Of a DNA stretch of 64,000 nt, positions 20,201 through 29,439 are shown piece by piece. This stretch comes from a bacterium (GTDB lineage Bacteria; Krumholzibacteriota; Krumholzibacteriia; LZORAL124-64-63). Under the pieces are notes generated by a model. It searched no databases. It had not been told where the DNA came from and was given only the letters and a program-made list of their open reading frames with translations. Within the stretch, counting starts at the first letter, position 1. Each line of letters starts with the position of its first letter. A program made the translations under genes and the position numbers. The DNA is taken from NCBI GenBank assembly GCA_031441465.1, contig JANOEP010000039.1, positions 15,221 to 79,220 on the forward strand. Reading direction: 5' to 3'.

Positions 20201-23200
20201 GGCGACGGTCAGCGTCGCGACCGCCCGGCCGCCGAGGTACTGCTGCCCGAAGGCGACGACCGCCGGCGCGGCCGAGATGTCCGGCTCGCCGTGGATGTCG
20301 AGCGCCACCGGCAGGACGGCCACGGGCGTGACCGGGTCGTTGCTCGCCACGCAGATGCGCGTCGCGAAGGAGCCGCCGCAGATGCCCGCCGCGCTGAACC
20401 AGACCTTCGCCTCCTGCTTCTCTCCGGCCGGAATCACGCCCGCCTCGGGGTCGATCTGCACCCAGCCCGCGCCGGCCAGCCAATCGAACGCCTGGTTGCC
20501 GAAGAGGCGGTTGTCGTCGGCGTTCAGGCCGTACACGCTGAACATCTCGTCGCTCAGCGCGATGACGCGGCCGCCGCCCACTTGGCTCCACGCGCCCGTC
20601 ATGACGCCAGAAGCGTCCCGGACCAGGATCCGGGCCGGCATGGCGACCCTCGACAGACGGGCGCCCGGGCTGTCCAGGAAGAGGCCGTCGACGCCGGCCG
20701 TGGTCGCGTGTTCGGTGATCCGGATCGTCGTCCCGCTGTGGGCGTCCGTGCTGGAGTAGGTGATGCCGGCGCCCGCGGCGGACAGGATCGCGTTGAAGGA
20801 GGATGCGGACGCGTTGTAGTCGCCTTCCAGGAGCATGCCGCCGCCTTCGTTCACCCAGGCCGCCAGCGCCGACCTCTCCGCAGTCGTGAAGGACCAACTG
20901 CAGTTGATGGACCAGAAGATGTCGTAGCCGGACAGGAGGTCCGGGGTGATCGCGGCCGAGTTGTACGAAATCTCCGCACCGCGCAGCTCGAGGTCGCCGA
21001 CCATGCCGGTCCAGTTCGAGGAGGTGGCCTGTCCGTGGCGCCGGTCCCACATGATGCGCACGCCGGTCAGGTCGCGCAGGTCGGCCGTCAGTTCTCCGTC
21101 GGACGTCGCTGCCGGCGTCGCCTGCACCGGCATCGCGTCGGCTGCTGGCGCCAGGTGCGGCAGGGTGTACCGGCGTCGGGCGGCGATCTCTTCGACCGTG
21201 GCCGACCAGACCAGGTCGCTCCGTCCGGAGTTCTTGATCGTCAGGGGTCGCGCAGTTTCGTCTTCGTAGGGCTCGAGGACGACCGACATCGAGGCAGGTG
21301 ACAGCGCGATCACCGGCGGCGCCACGCAGGCGCCCGTCAACGCCACGGCGACCGCGGGTTCGTCCGGGTCGTCGCTGACGATCGTCAGCGTGGCGGCGTG
21401 CGTGCCGACGGCGGCCGGCGCGTAGCCGACCGTCACGGCCAGCGCGCCGCGCGGCGCCAGGGTGGCCGGCCCGGCGGGGGCGACCGTGAACGCGCTGTCG
21501 TCGGACGTCAAACTGGAGATCGTCAGGGGGGCGCAGCCGTCGTTGACCAGGGTCAGCGTGTCGGCGACCACGGCGCCGGGGTAGAGGGTCGCGAAGGCCA
21601 GGGCCGCCGACGTGACGGTGAGGTTCGCTTCGCCGAGCAGTGCGAGGGAGACCGGCACCGCGATCTCGGGCGTCAGGGGATCGTTGCTCGCCACGGTGAT
21701 GCGCGCCGTCAGCGTCGTGCCGCAGCGGCCGGTCGCGTCGAACGCCACCGCGAGGTCCTGCGCGCTTCCGGGCGGGATCACGCCCGAGAGCGGTGCGATC
21801 CGCAGCCAGTTATCCGTCGCCAGCCAGTCGAACACCTGGTTGCCGAACCGGCGGTTGTCGTCGACGTCGAGGTCCGTGTCGCGGAAGAGTTCTTCGCTCA
21901 GGGCGATCACGCGGCCCTTGCCCACCTCGCTCCAGGCGCCCACGATGTGGCCGGTCGCATCCCGGAACAGGACCCGCGCCGGGTAGACGACCGTCGCCAG
22001 CGTGGCGTTCGGCTGGTCGAGACGGAGGCGCGAAACGCCCGCCGTGGTCTCGTGCGGCGCGATGTCCGTCGTCGTCCCGGCCTGCGCGTTGTCGGTGGAG
22101 TAGCCGATGCCGGCCCCCGCCGCGGTCAGGATCGCGTCGAACGCGGCTTGGAACGTGTCGTTGTCGCCTTCCAGGAGCATCCCGCCGCCGTCCCGCAGCC
22201 AGGAGCCCAGCAGGTGCGTCTCCGCCGCCGACCAGCCCGTCGCGCAGTTGACGGTCCACACGAGGTCGAATCCGTCCAGGAGGTCCGAGGTGACCGGCAT
22301 GGTGTTGACGACGACCTCGGCGCCGCGCTGCGCGAGGTCGTCGATCATCTGCGACCAGGCGGCCGGTTGGACCTGCCCGTGGTGCGCGGCCCACATGATG
22401 CGCAGGCCGGTCAGGTCGCGCAGGTCGGCCGTCGGCTCCCCGCCTCGCGCCGGCGAGACTCCCGCGTCCGGGGCGTCGTACCCGATCCGCGCGCTCCAGA
22501 TGAGGTCGCTCAGGCCGGTGTTCTCGATGCTCAGGGACTGCACCGATTCGCCGCCGGAAATGAGTCCGACCGCCAGCGAGTCGGGATACACGGAGACCAC
22601 GGGTGCCGGCACTCCCGTGCCGGACATCGGCAGCGAGATCGTCGGTTCGTCGGGGTCGTCGCTCGTGATCGTCAGCATGGCGGTGACCCGGCCGACGGTG
22701 GTCGGGCGGTAGGTCGCTTCCACGGTGTGCGGCTGGTCCGGGGCGACCGTGGCCGGGAACGGCGTGGGTGACGTGAACTGGTCGCTGTCCGAGGACGTGG
22801 CGACGAGCGTCAGATTTCCGCAGCCGTCGTTGAAGAGGCTCAGCGACCTGGTCGCCGCGGCGCCGATGAGGACGGGTCCGAAGTTCAGATCGGCCGACGT
22901 GACGGTGACGTCCGGCCCCTCGCTCACGCGCAGCGACACCGGCGTGGCGATCGCGGGCGCGAGAGGGTCGTTGCTCGTGAGATTGATGTGCGCCGCGTGG
23001 TCGTTGCCGCACATGTTCGTGGCGTCGAAGGTCACCGTCAGGTCCACGGACTCGCCCTCGCGCACGACGCCCGTGTCCGGCGCAACCGACAGCCAGGTCG
23101 GGCCGAAGCCGACGAGCATGATCTCGTTCTCCGCCAGTTCGACGGCGTCCTGCACGCCGTCGCCGTCGTCGTCGGCCGTGAAGTTCGCCCACTGGAATCC

Positions 23201-25519
23201 GTTGAAGACGGTGCGGCCCGACGCGGCGAGGACGACCGCGCCGGAGCCGGGGTAGCCGTCGAACGCCGCCAGCTGCACGGCGTCGGGTCGCACCGCGACG
23301 ATCTGGCCGTCGCGCGTGGATTGGTTCAGATTCCAGCGCAGGGCGCTGATCTGGTTGGGATGGCGGAAACAGAGGTGGTCGGGGTCGACCGCCGCGACGT
23401 CCAGGGGCGTCGTGAACGACGACTGGTAGTCGACGCCGAGGCGTGCCAGCAATTCGTGCTCGTTGTAGCTGTAGACCGCCCAGTCGGCGAAGATCAGGGA
23501 GCCGCCCCGGTCGAGGTGGTCGACGAGCGCGCCGAGACCGGTCGCCGTCGTGGGGGCGTAGTAGTTGTTCACGATCACCAGATCCCAGGGTCCGTCGGCG
23601 GTGAGCGCCGCTTCCAGTTCCCCCCAGTCCGGCACCATGGTGAATCCGAAGCCCAGCCGCTGCAGCGCCAGGTTGAAGGTGTTGGTCGACCCGCCGATGG
23701 AGCTGAGCAGCAGGATGTGCGGTTCGTAGTCGGCCCGGCGGTCGCCGGTGTAGACGCGCCGCCCGGACCAGGGTTCATCCGGCGGCAGGCCGTTGGTCTC
23801 GCCGGACTGCGGCGCGGTCGAGCGCGGCGGCAGATCGCTGACCGCGAAGGCGGCGCCGCGCGTCTGTGCGGCGAGGGCGGCAGCGGCGCTCACGTGCGCC
23901 GACCAGACCAGGTCGATCTCCCCGGAGTTGCTGATCGTCAGCCGCGCGGTTCCGATCTGGCCGGGATGGAACGACATCGCGAGCGAATCGGGCGCGACGC
24001 CGATCACCGGCGCCGTCGCGGCCGTTCCCGACAGGGGCACCGCGAGCGACGGCAGGTGCGGGTCGTCGCTCAGGATCGTCAAGACGCCGAGGTCGGTGCC
24101 GGATCCCGTCGGCGTGTAGGCCGCCAGGACGGTCTGCGTCGTTCCGGGCGCCAGCGTGAACGGGCCGGCCGGAGAGACCGTGAACACGGTCTGATCAGTC
24201 GTCAGGGAGGCGATCGTCAGCGGCGCGCACCCGTCGTTGGACAGGTCCAGCGACGCGAACGCGGCGTGCCCGACCGGCCGCAGGCCGAAGTCGAGGCGCT
24301 CCGGATCGATCCCGATGACCGGAACGGCCGGCACGCCGAACGACACCGGCACCTCGACCGGCGGCACGAACGGGTCGTCGCATTCCACGACGATCAGCGC
24401 CGAGCGCTCGTCGCCGCAGAGCGCGGCCGCGTCGAAGGCCACCGACACGGTCTGGGTGCCGCCGGCCGGCAACGTGCCGGTCTGCGGAGCGATCGACAGC
24501 CAGCGGGCGCCGGCGGCGACCAGGACGATCTCGTTCTCGGCCAGTTCGACCATGTCGCGCACGCCGTTGCCGTTGTCGTCGGCCCCGTAGTTCGCCACTT
24601 GGAAGGCGTTGAAGATGGCGTGCCGCGACGCGTTGATGACGATCGCACCGGAATCCGGATGGTCCGGGAACTCGGCCAACCGCAGTGCGCCGGCGAGGGC
24701 CGCGACGACCTGGCCGTCGACCGGAAGCTGATCCAGGTCCCAGTGCAGGTCGGTGACCACGTTCGGTTGCCGGAAGCAGCGGTGCCGGGGATCGAGCGCC
24801 GAGAAATCCTGCGGCTGGGTGAAGAACGACCGGTAGGAAACGCCCAGGCGCGCCAGCAGGCTGTGGTTGGCGTAGTCCGCGACCGACCAGTCGGCGTAGA
24901 TCAGCCGGCCGCCGGTGTCGAGATGCCCGACCAGCGCCGCGAGGGTCGCTGCCGGCGCGGTCAGGGAGTAGTTGTTGACCACGACCAGATCCCAGGGGCC
25001 GTCGTCCGTGAGCGCCGCGGTCAGCGTCGCCCAGTCCGTCACCACGGTGTGACCCCAGCCCAGGCGCTGCAGCGCCAGCGAGTGGGCGTCGTTCACGGGG
25101 TCGAAGGTGGCGAGGAGCAGGACGCGGGGCCCGCCGCTCGGCAGGCGGTCGTTGCTGTAGATGCGCCGGCTGAACGGGGGCGGGGCCGCGTCGCCGTTGT
25201 CGGTGCGCGCGGGCAGGTCGGACCGGTCCGCCGGGTCGTCGCGGTAGGTGAGGCCGGCGCCGCGCGTCTGCGCAGGGAACGTCCCGGGCATGGAGATGTA
25301 GGCGGTCCAGGCCAGGGGGGTCTTGCCCGTGTTGCTGATCAGCAGGGAACTCGTCGTGGCGCCGTCGGGCGGGAGTTCGGCCGACAGCGAATCCGGTTCC
25401 ACGACGAGGGCGGCGGCGGCTGTTTCGGGATACGACGCGGCCAGGATGAGTCCGCCCAGAGCGAGCGGGATCAGCGAGACGGCGAACGCGGACAGGGAGG
25501 TGCAACGCCAGCGGGACAT
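17246..25519 (-). CDS. Giant secreted modular protein of 2757 aa, with a T9SS-type (Por_Secre_tail / FlgD Ig-like) C-terminal sorting domain.
   Basis: It has a signal peptide. Repeated Ig-like choice-of-anchor-D-like modules follow the NDGCxPLTI...TFxxxP...LxPGxxxxVxxxYxPxxxG...LTIxSDDPDEP pattern. Six alpha/beta modules occur in two alternating forms, RVLLLAxFDPVND...VELAENEIVLV and LRIMWAAHHGQ. The C-terminus ASGVYLYRLYQDGRQLGASRKMVLVR matches the T9SS CTD ending. An RBS (GGAGG) lies 6 nt before the ATG at 25519. Confidence 0.85.
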   Translation of the reverse strand: MSRWRCTSLSAFAVSLIPLALGGLILAASYPETAAAALVVEPDSLSAELPPDGATTSSLLISNTGKTPLAWTAYISMPGTFPAQTRGAGLTYRDDPADRSDLPARTDNGDAAPPPFSRRIYSNDRLPSGGPRVLLLATFDPVNDAHSLALQRLGWGHTVVTDWATLTAALTDDGPWDLVVVNNYSLTAPAATLAALVGHLDTGGRLIYADWSVADYANHSLLARLGVSYRSFFTQPQDFSALDPRHRCFRQPNVVTDLHWDLDQLPVDGQVVAALAGALRLAEFPDHPDSGAIVINASRHAIFNAFQVANYGADDNGNGVRDMVELAENEIVLVAAGARWLSIAPQTGTLPAGGTQTVSVAFDAAALCGDERSALIVVECDDPFVPPVEVPVSFGVPAVPVIGIDPERLDFGLRPVGHAAFASLDLSNDGCAPLTIASLTTDQTVFTVSPAGPFTLAPGTTQTVLAAYTPTGSGTDLGVLTILSDDPHLPSLAVPLSGTAATAPVIGVAPDSLAMSFHPGQIGTARLTISNSGEIDLVWSAHVSAAAALAAQTRGAAFAVSDLPPRSTAPQSGETNGLPPDEPWSGRRVYTGDRRADYEPHILLLSSIGGSTNTFNLALQRLGFGFTMVPDWGELEAALTADGPWDLVIVNNYYAPTTATGLGALVDHLDRGGSLIFADWAVYSYNEHELLARLGVDYQSSFTTPLDVAAVDPDHLCFRHPNQISALRWNLNQSTRDGQIVAVRPDAVQLAAFDGYPGSGAVVLAASGRTVFNGFQWANFTADDDGDGVQDAVELAENEIMLVGFGPTWLSVAPDTGVVREGESVDLTVTFDATNMCGNDHAAHINLTSNDPLAPAIATPVSLRVSEGPDVTVTSADLNFGPVLIGAAATRSLSLFNDGCGNLTLVATSSDSDQFTSPTPFPATVAPDQPHTVEATYRPTTVGRVTAMLTITSDDPDEPTISLPMSGTGVPAPVVSVYPDSLAVGLISGGESVQSLSIENTGLSDLIWSARIGYDAPDAGVSPARGGEPTADLRDLTGLRIMWAAHHGQVQPAAWSQMIDDLAQRGAEVVVNTMPVTSDLLDGFDLVWTVNCATGWSAAETHLLGSWLRDGGGMLLEGDNDTFQAAFDAILTAAGAGIGYSTDNAQAGTTTDIAPHETTAGVSRLRLDQPNATLATVVYPARVLFRDATGHIVGAWSEVGKGRVIALSEELFRDTDLDVDDNRRFGNQVFDWLATDNWLRIAPLSGVIPPGSAQDLAVAFDATGRCGTTLTARITVASNDPLTPEIAVPVSLALLGEANLTVTSAALAFATLYPGAVVADTLTLVNDGCAPLTISSLTSDDSAFTVAPAGPATLAPRGALAVTVGYAPAAVGTHAATLTIVSDDPDEPAVAVALTGACVAPPVIALSPASMSVVLEPYEDETARPLTIKNSGRSDLVWSATVEEIAARRRYTLPHLAPAADAMPVQATPAATSDGELTADLRDLTGVRIMWDRRHGQATSSNWTGMVGDLELRGAEISYNSAAITPDLLSGYDIFWSINCSWSFTTAERSALAAWVNEGGGMLLEGDYNASASSFNAILSAAGAGITYSSTDAHSGTTIRITEHATTAGVDGLFLDSPGARLSRVAMPARILVRDASGVMTGAWSQVGGGRVIALSDEMFSVYGLNADDNRLFGNQAFDWLAGAGWVQIDPEAGVIPAGEKQEAKVWFSAAGICGGSFATRICVASNDPVTPVAVLPVALDIHGEPDISAAPAVVAFGQQYLGGRAVATLTVANTGCDLLSVSAVTSNHAEFSVSPTGPFTVAPDSTRIVLVTYAPVTEGPVAGALTIASDDLDEPTITVPLSGTGLPSALITVTPDTLASALFTDGVDLRYLKIANPGQIDLHWSLSVTPLDVSAAAERGTPSVLLLPSDDIATDVYLLALQRLGWSYTAASDYADLRALLAAGGPWDLVIVNNNQESSDEYAFDDLVDHLDAGGALIFADHTIHYDRDHELLDRLGFTYREFTYTPLDFAATDPDHRCFRMPNAVHQLRWDLNPAGIKAQIITVHEGARTLASFQGLATSAAIVLNGTGRAIFNAFLTNLYTGDDDGDGRRDIVELAENEIVLVAGVAPWLTVQPTSGTVPPGLSQDVAVSIDATVTHSTTDLCNAIFGARIDVASDDPHTPVVPVGVTLALIGEPDIAVTPTDLAFGAQHVGNPAARSIPVANDGCEPLTIGTLSSSHADFTVAPVGPITLAPGDRQYVTLTYAPATLGPVTGTLTIISGDRDEPVITLPLSGTGLAPPAIVVAPDSLSATLSPGGTAAFQLTIGNLGPGQLIWSASTHLTASSGEKPEDSAFTFRDLPVGPSAPADAVDNGGAKSPAPFGRRIYSRESATRDAPRTLLLAPYEPVNDAFSLALQRLGLGHTLATTWPEFLGAAANDGPWDLMIVSNYSQVTSFTALNALTSHLDAGGSLIYADWSVYLVSNHSLMGRLGVSYQSTITTPLDVAAVQEDHACFLWPNAIRNLHWNANPLTRDGQLVATLPGARQLAAFQGFPNSGAIVADATGRAIFNAFQMANYTADDDGDGLRDAIELAENEIALIGLRATWLTVAPQTGTVPSGGTQDVTATFDATGVDAGEHRATIIFRSDDPTAPLVLVPASLTVGNSPPALEFATADPTRPARPAEGLQLSNQPNPFNPSTRLQFNLQHDGDTEVAIYDSRGILVLRIRAGRLPAGPATLDWNGTDQRGRQVASGVYLYRLYQDGRQLGASRKMVLVR
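17600..25250 (-). repeat. Six divergent intragenic repeat units of about 1.2-1.5 kb. Each encodes Ig-like plus alpha/beta modules within the giant gene.
   Basis: The protein-level periodicity puts anchor motifs at about residues 140, 640, 1040, 1460, 1880 and 2330. The units are about 40-50% identical, so this is an old duplication. Confidence 0.55.
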
Positions 25520-25730
25520 GGGTGCCTCCTGCTCTGGACGGAGATCGTGCGGTCATGGATGAAAAGCTTGGAAGATGGCATGTCGTGATGATACCGCCGG
25601 GCGGGAGGCGGTGTCAAACGCCTGGGGGCGGATCGTGCCGGTTCAGCAGTCGGGGGAGCGACCGTGCGGGTCCCATCGGCGCTTCACGACCCATCGAGCA
25701 CGGAGTCACTCCTGTTTCCGCGGGGTCGGA

Positions 25731-26654
25731 CTACGGCCAAGGCACTTCCAGCTGCCAGCCCGCGAGCTTCGCCTCGAACTCCGCCCGCTCCCGGTGCCGC
25801 TTCAGCCCCTCGGATCCCGGCTCCAGCCAGCCCGCCGCACGCGCGACGGCGCAGGCCCGCGCCGCGTCCCCGCCCCCGATCGCGCCGAGGATCTCCTGCT
25901 CGATCCGCGACAGCGACGCCGCGCCGAGCCGGAAGTCCATGAACGCCTCCCAGACCAGCGGCACCCACGGCGCCACGATCCGCTCGCCGATCACCGTGGC
26001 GTACTCGCGGATCTCCTGCTGCGCGTGGGCGTCCATGCGCAGCGACAGGAAGTGCAGCAGGTTGTGCAGGTCGATCTTCCAGTAAGCCTCGGTATAGGTG
26101 CACAGGGGGAGGTCCTTGCGGGCCTGTTCGCGGGCGACGCCGCGGGCGAGCTTGTCCTCGTACACCTTGCGCGTCAGGATGTGGACTTCGTGTTCGCCGG
26201 CGGTGAACGCCGCGCCATCCGCGTCGGCGAAATAGCCCGCGCTGCCCTGCCGGTTGTCGTCCGCCTGGCGCCGCCACTTGTCCGGGTCCGTGCGCTGTGC
26301 CGAATCGGTCACGATGGAGTAGCGTGAACTCACCTCATTCACCGAGGCCGACCGGTGCCGTATCCACTGTCGCCACGCGTCCATCGGCACGCGCACGTGC
26401 AGCTTCAGCTCACACATCTCGAACGGCGTGGTGTGACGGTGGCGCAGGAGGTAGCGGATCAGGCCGCGGTCCTCGCTCACCTTCTTGGTGCCGTCCCCGT
26501 AGGACACGCGGGCCGCCTGCACGACGGCGCGGTCGTCGCCCATGTAGTCCACGACGCGCACGAAGCCGTCGTCCAGCACGGGCAGCGCCACGCCCAGGAT
26601 CTCGTCCAGGGCGGGCACGACGGCTCGGGTCACGCGTTCGGACTGCGGCTGCAT
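25731..26654 (-). CDS. thyX: FAD-dependent thymidylate synthase ThyX.
   Basis: The ThyX signature RHRSASVNEVSS (RHRX7S) is present, with ...HRHTTPFEM.... Confidence 0.8.
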   Translation of the reverse strand: MQPQSERVTRAVVPALDEILGVALPVLDDGFVRVVDYMGDDRAVVQAARVSYGDGTKKVSEDRGLIRYLLRHRHTTPFEMCELKLHVRVPMDAWRQWIRHRSASVNEVSSRYSIVTDSAQRTDPDKWRRQADDNRQGSAGYFADADGAAFTAGEHEVHILTRKVYEDKLARGVAREQARKDLPLCTYTEAYWKIDLHNLLHFLSLRMDAHAQQEIREYATVIGERIVAPWVPLVWEAFMDFRLGAASLSRIEQEILGAIGGGDAARACAVARAAGWLEPGSEGLKRHRERAEFEAKLAGWQLEVPWP

Positions 26655-26670
26655 CGGCGTCTCCTGCGGA

Positions 26671-28710
26671 CTAGTCGTGGAAGGTCTCCCGGGCGGTGCG
26701 TTCGATCAGCTCGTCGTCGGCGTGTTCGCCCACGGTCACCCGCAGCAGCGGGTCGCGGGACATCGCCGCGCGGATGGCGAACTCGGCGCCCGCGTTGCGC
26801 GCCCACGCGCGCCGCGCGATGCCGTTGTTGACGTCCCAGTTCAGCATCAGGTCCAGGCGGCGGTCGGCGTCGGCGGTGCCGTCGAGCACCAGGCCGAAGC
26901 CGCCGTTGATCACTTCGCCCCAGCCCACGCCGCCGCCGTTGTGCAGCGAGACCCAGGTGGCGCCGCGGCAGGCGTCGCCGGCGAAGTTCTGCACGGCCAT
27001 GTCGGCGCACCACTGCGAACCGTCGCGGATGTTGGCCGTCTCGCGGTAGGGGCTGTCGGTGCCCGAGACGTCGTGGTGGTCGCGGCCGATGACCACCGGC
27101 GCCGACAGGCGGCCGTCGCGGATCGCCGCGTTGAAGGCGGCCGCGAGGCGGCGGCGACCCTGGTCGTCGCTGTAGAGGATGCGGGCCTGGCTGCCCACCA
27201 CCAGGTGGTTGTCCCCGGCCTGGCGGATCCAGAGCAGGTTGTCCAGGTACTGCTGGCGCGTCTCGGGCGGGGCCGCGGCGGCCAGTTCGGCGATGACCTC
27301 GGCGGCGATCCCGTCGGTCGTGGCGAGGTCGCGCGGGTCGGCGCTGGTGCAGACCCAGCGGAAGGGCCCGAAGCCGTAGTCGAAGCACATCGGTCCCATG
27401 ATGTCCTCGACGTACGACGGGTAGCGGAAGGAGCCGTCGGGCTGCACGACGTCCGCCCCGGCGCGGCTCGCCTCCAGCAGGAAGGCGTTGCCGTAGTCCC
27501 AGAACCTCATGCCGCGGTCGCTGAGCGCGTTGACCGCCGCCACGTGGCGGCGCAGCGAGGCCTGCACGGCCGCCTTGAAGGCCGGCGGGTCGTCGGCCAG
27601 CAGACGGTTCCCCGCCGCGAGCGTCATCCCGGCGGGGTAGTAGCCCCCGGCGAAGGGGAGGTGCAGGCTGGTCTGGTCGCTGCCCAGTTCCACGTCGATC
27701 CCGTCGCGCACCAGGCGCTCCCAGAGATCCACGACGTTGCCCAGGTAGGCGATCGACACGGGCTGCTTCGCGGCGCGGGCCTCCGCGAGCCGGCGCAGCA
27801 CGGTGTCGAGGTCCTCGTACAGCTCGTCGACCCAGCCCTGGGCGTGGCGCTTGCGCGCCGCCTCGGGGTTGACTTCCGCCACCAGGCAGACCGCGCCGGC
27901 GATGACCGCAGCCTTGGCCTGGGCGCCGCTCATGCCGCCGAGGCCGGCCGTCACGAAGACCTTGCCGCGCAGGCCGTCCCGCCCGTCGCAGCCCAGGTAC
28001 AACCGCCCGGCGTTCAGGACCGTGATCGCCGTGCCGTGCACGATGCCCTGAGGGCCGATGTACATGTAGCTGCCGGCGGTCATCTGCCCGTAGCTGGTGA
28101 CGCCCAGCGCGGCCAGGCGCGCGTAGTCGTCGGGGGAGGAGTGGTTCGGGATCACCATGCCGTTGGTGACGATGACGCGCGGCGCGTCGGCGTGCGAAGG
28201 GAACAGCCCGAGCGGGTGGCCCGAGTACATGACCAGGGTCTGGTCCTCGGACATCTCGCTGAGGTACTTCATCGCGAGCAGGTACTGGGCCCAGTTCTGG
28301 AAGACGGCGCCGTTGCCGCCGTAGGTGATCAGCTCGTAGGGGTGCTGGGCGACGGCCGGGTCCAGGTTGTTCTGGATCATGTGCATGACGGCCGCGGCCT
28401 GGCGGGTCCGGGCGGGGTACTCGTCCAGGGGCCGGGCCCGCATCGCGTAGGCGGGGCGCAGGCGGTGCATGTAGATGCGGCCGAGTTCGGCCAGCTCGCG
28501 GGCGAATTCGGGGGCCAGTTCGCCGTGCCAGGCGGCGGGGACGTAGCGCAGGGCGTTGCGCAGGGCCAGGCGTTTCCCGGCGGCGTCCAGCGGCAGCGGG
28601 CGGCGCGGCGCGCGGCTGACCGCGGGATCGACCGGCGGCGGCGGCGGCGGGGCGGTTGGCAGGCCGCGGCGGATCTGGGCCTGGAAATCCGCGGGGATCG
28701 TGGTGGCCAA
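26671..28710 (-). CDS. hutU: Urocanate hydratase, long form, about 680 aa.
   Basis: It has the NAD-binding GLGGMSGAQ motif, the long-form N-terminus IPADFQAQIRRGLP, and conservation throughout. The start is TTG at 28710 with AGGAG 5 nt upstream. Confidence 0.8.
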   Translation of the reverse strand: MATTIPADFQAQIRRGLPTAPPPPPPVDPAVSRAPRRPLPLDAAGKRLALRNALRYVPAAWHGELAPEFARELAELGRIYMHRLRPAYAMRARPLDEYPARTRQAAAVMHMIQNNLDPAVAQHPYELITYGGNGAVFQNWAQYLLAMKYLSEMSEDQTLVMYSGHPLGLFPSHADAPRVIVTNGMVIPNHSSPDDYARLAALGVTSYGQMTAGSYMYIGPQGIVHGTAITVLNAGRLYLGCDGRDGLRGKVFVTAGLGGMSGAQAKAAVIAGAVCLVAEVNPEAARKRHAQGWVDELYEDLDTVLRRLAEARAAKQPVSIAYLGNVVDLWERLVRDGIDVELGSDQTSLHLPFAGGYYPAGMTLAAGNRLLADDPPAFKAAVQASLRRHVAAVNALSDRGMRFWDYGNAFLLEASRAGADVVQPDGSFRYPSYVEDIMGPMCFDYGFGPFRWVCTSADPRDLATTDGIAAEVIAELAAAAPPETRQQYLDNLLWIRQAGDNHLVVGSQARILYSDDQGRRRLAAAFNAAIRDGRLSAPVVIGRDHHDVSGTDSPYRETANIRDGSQWCADMAVQNFAGDACRGATWVSLHNGGGVGWGEVINGGFGLVLDGTADADRRLDLMLNWDVNNGIARRAWARNAGAEFAIRAAMSRDPLLRVTVGEHADDELIERTARETFHD

Positions 28711-28879
28711 GGCGACTCCTGCTGGTTCGGGCCGCGGGATCCGGACCGGCGGACGATAACACACGGCTGCCCCGGAGCCAACCCGCGGCCACCCGCCCGC
28801 AGCCGTGACCGGCGGTGCTTGACCCGCGCCGTCGTCGGTGCCATCCTGCGCCGGAATCCCAACCCAACGGAGGTGGACC

Positions 28880-29425
28880 GTGAATGTCCTGATCCAACGG
28901 ATGATCCGCGCCGCGCGGCTCGATCCGGCGCTGTACGAGGAAGTCGAGCACGACGGCGGCGCCACCATGCAGGCCTTGTTCGTGGTGCTGCTGACGAGCG
29001 TGGCCGCGGGCGTCGGCAACCTCGGTCTCGGCGGCGTGAACGGCCTGTTCAGCGGTCTGGTCTCCTCGGTCGTGGGCTGGGTGGTCTGGTCGGGCGTCGT
29101 CTACGTGCTGGGCACGCGGGTGCTGCCGGAGACGGGGACCGAGGCCAACCTCGGCCAGCTGCTGCGCACCCTGGGCTTCGCCTCCTCGCCCGGCCTGATC
29201 CGCGTGTTGGGCTCCATCCCCGTGCTGGGCTGGCTGGTCAGCCTGGTCGCCTTCTTCTGGATGCTCGCCGCCACCGTCGTCGCGGTGCGCCAGGCCCTGG
29301 ACTACACGAGCACCGCCCGGGCCGTGCTGGTGTGCGTGCTGGGCTGGTTGGCGATGATCGCCGTCACGGTGGTGATCGGGATGCTGTTCGGCGGGATGCC
29401 GAACCTGTCGGGCGCCGCCAACTGA
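28880..29425 (+). CDS. Yip1-family (DUF1282) membrane protein.
   Basis: It has the DPALYEEVEHD N-terminal motif and about five TM helices. The start is GTG at 28880 after GGAGG. Confidence 0.55.
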   Translation: MNVLIQRMIRAARLDPALYEEVEHDGGATMQALFVVLLTSVAAGVGNLGLGGVNGLFSGLVSSVVGWVVWSGVVYVLGTRVLPETGTEANLGQLLRTLGFASSPGLIRVLGSIPVLGWLVSLVAFFWMLAATVVAVRQALDYTSTARAVLVCVLGWLAMIAVTVVIGMLFGGMPNLSGAAN

Positions 29426-29439
29426 AAGGAGGGATCGCC

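Noticed and set aside
17271-21050. A 1259-aa minus-strand ORF in an alternative frame of the giant gene, plus many plus-strand ORFs inside 17246..25519.
   Set aside because: These are alternative-frame or antisense artefacts. Only the 2757-aa frame has a signal peptide, Ig-like repeat logic and a T9SS CTD.
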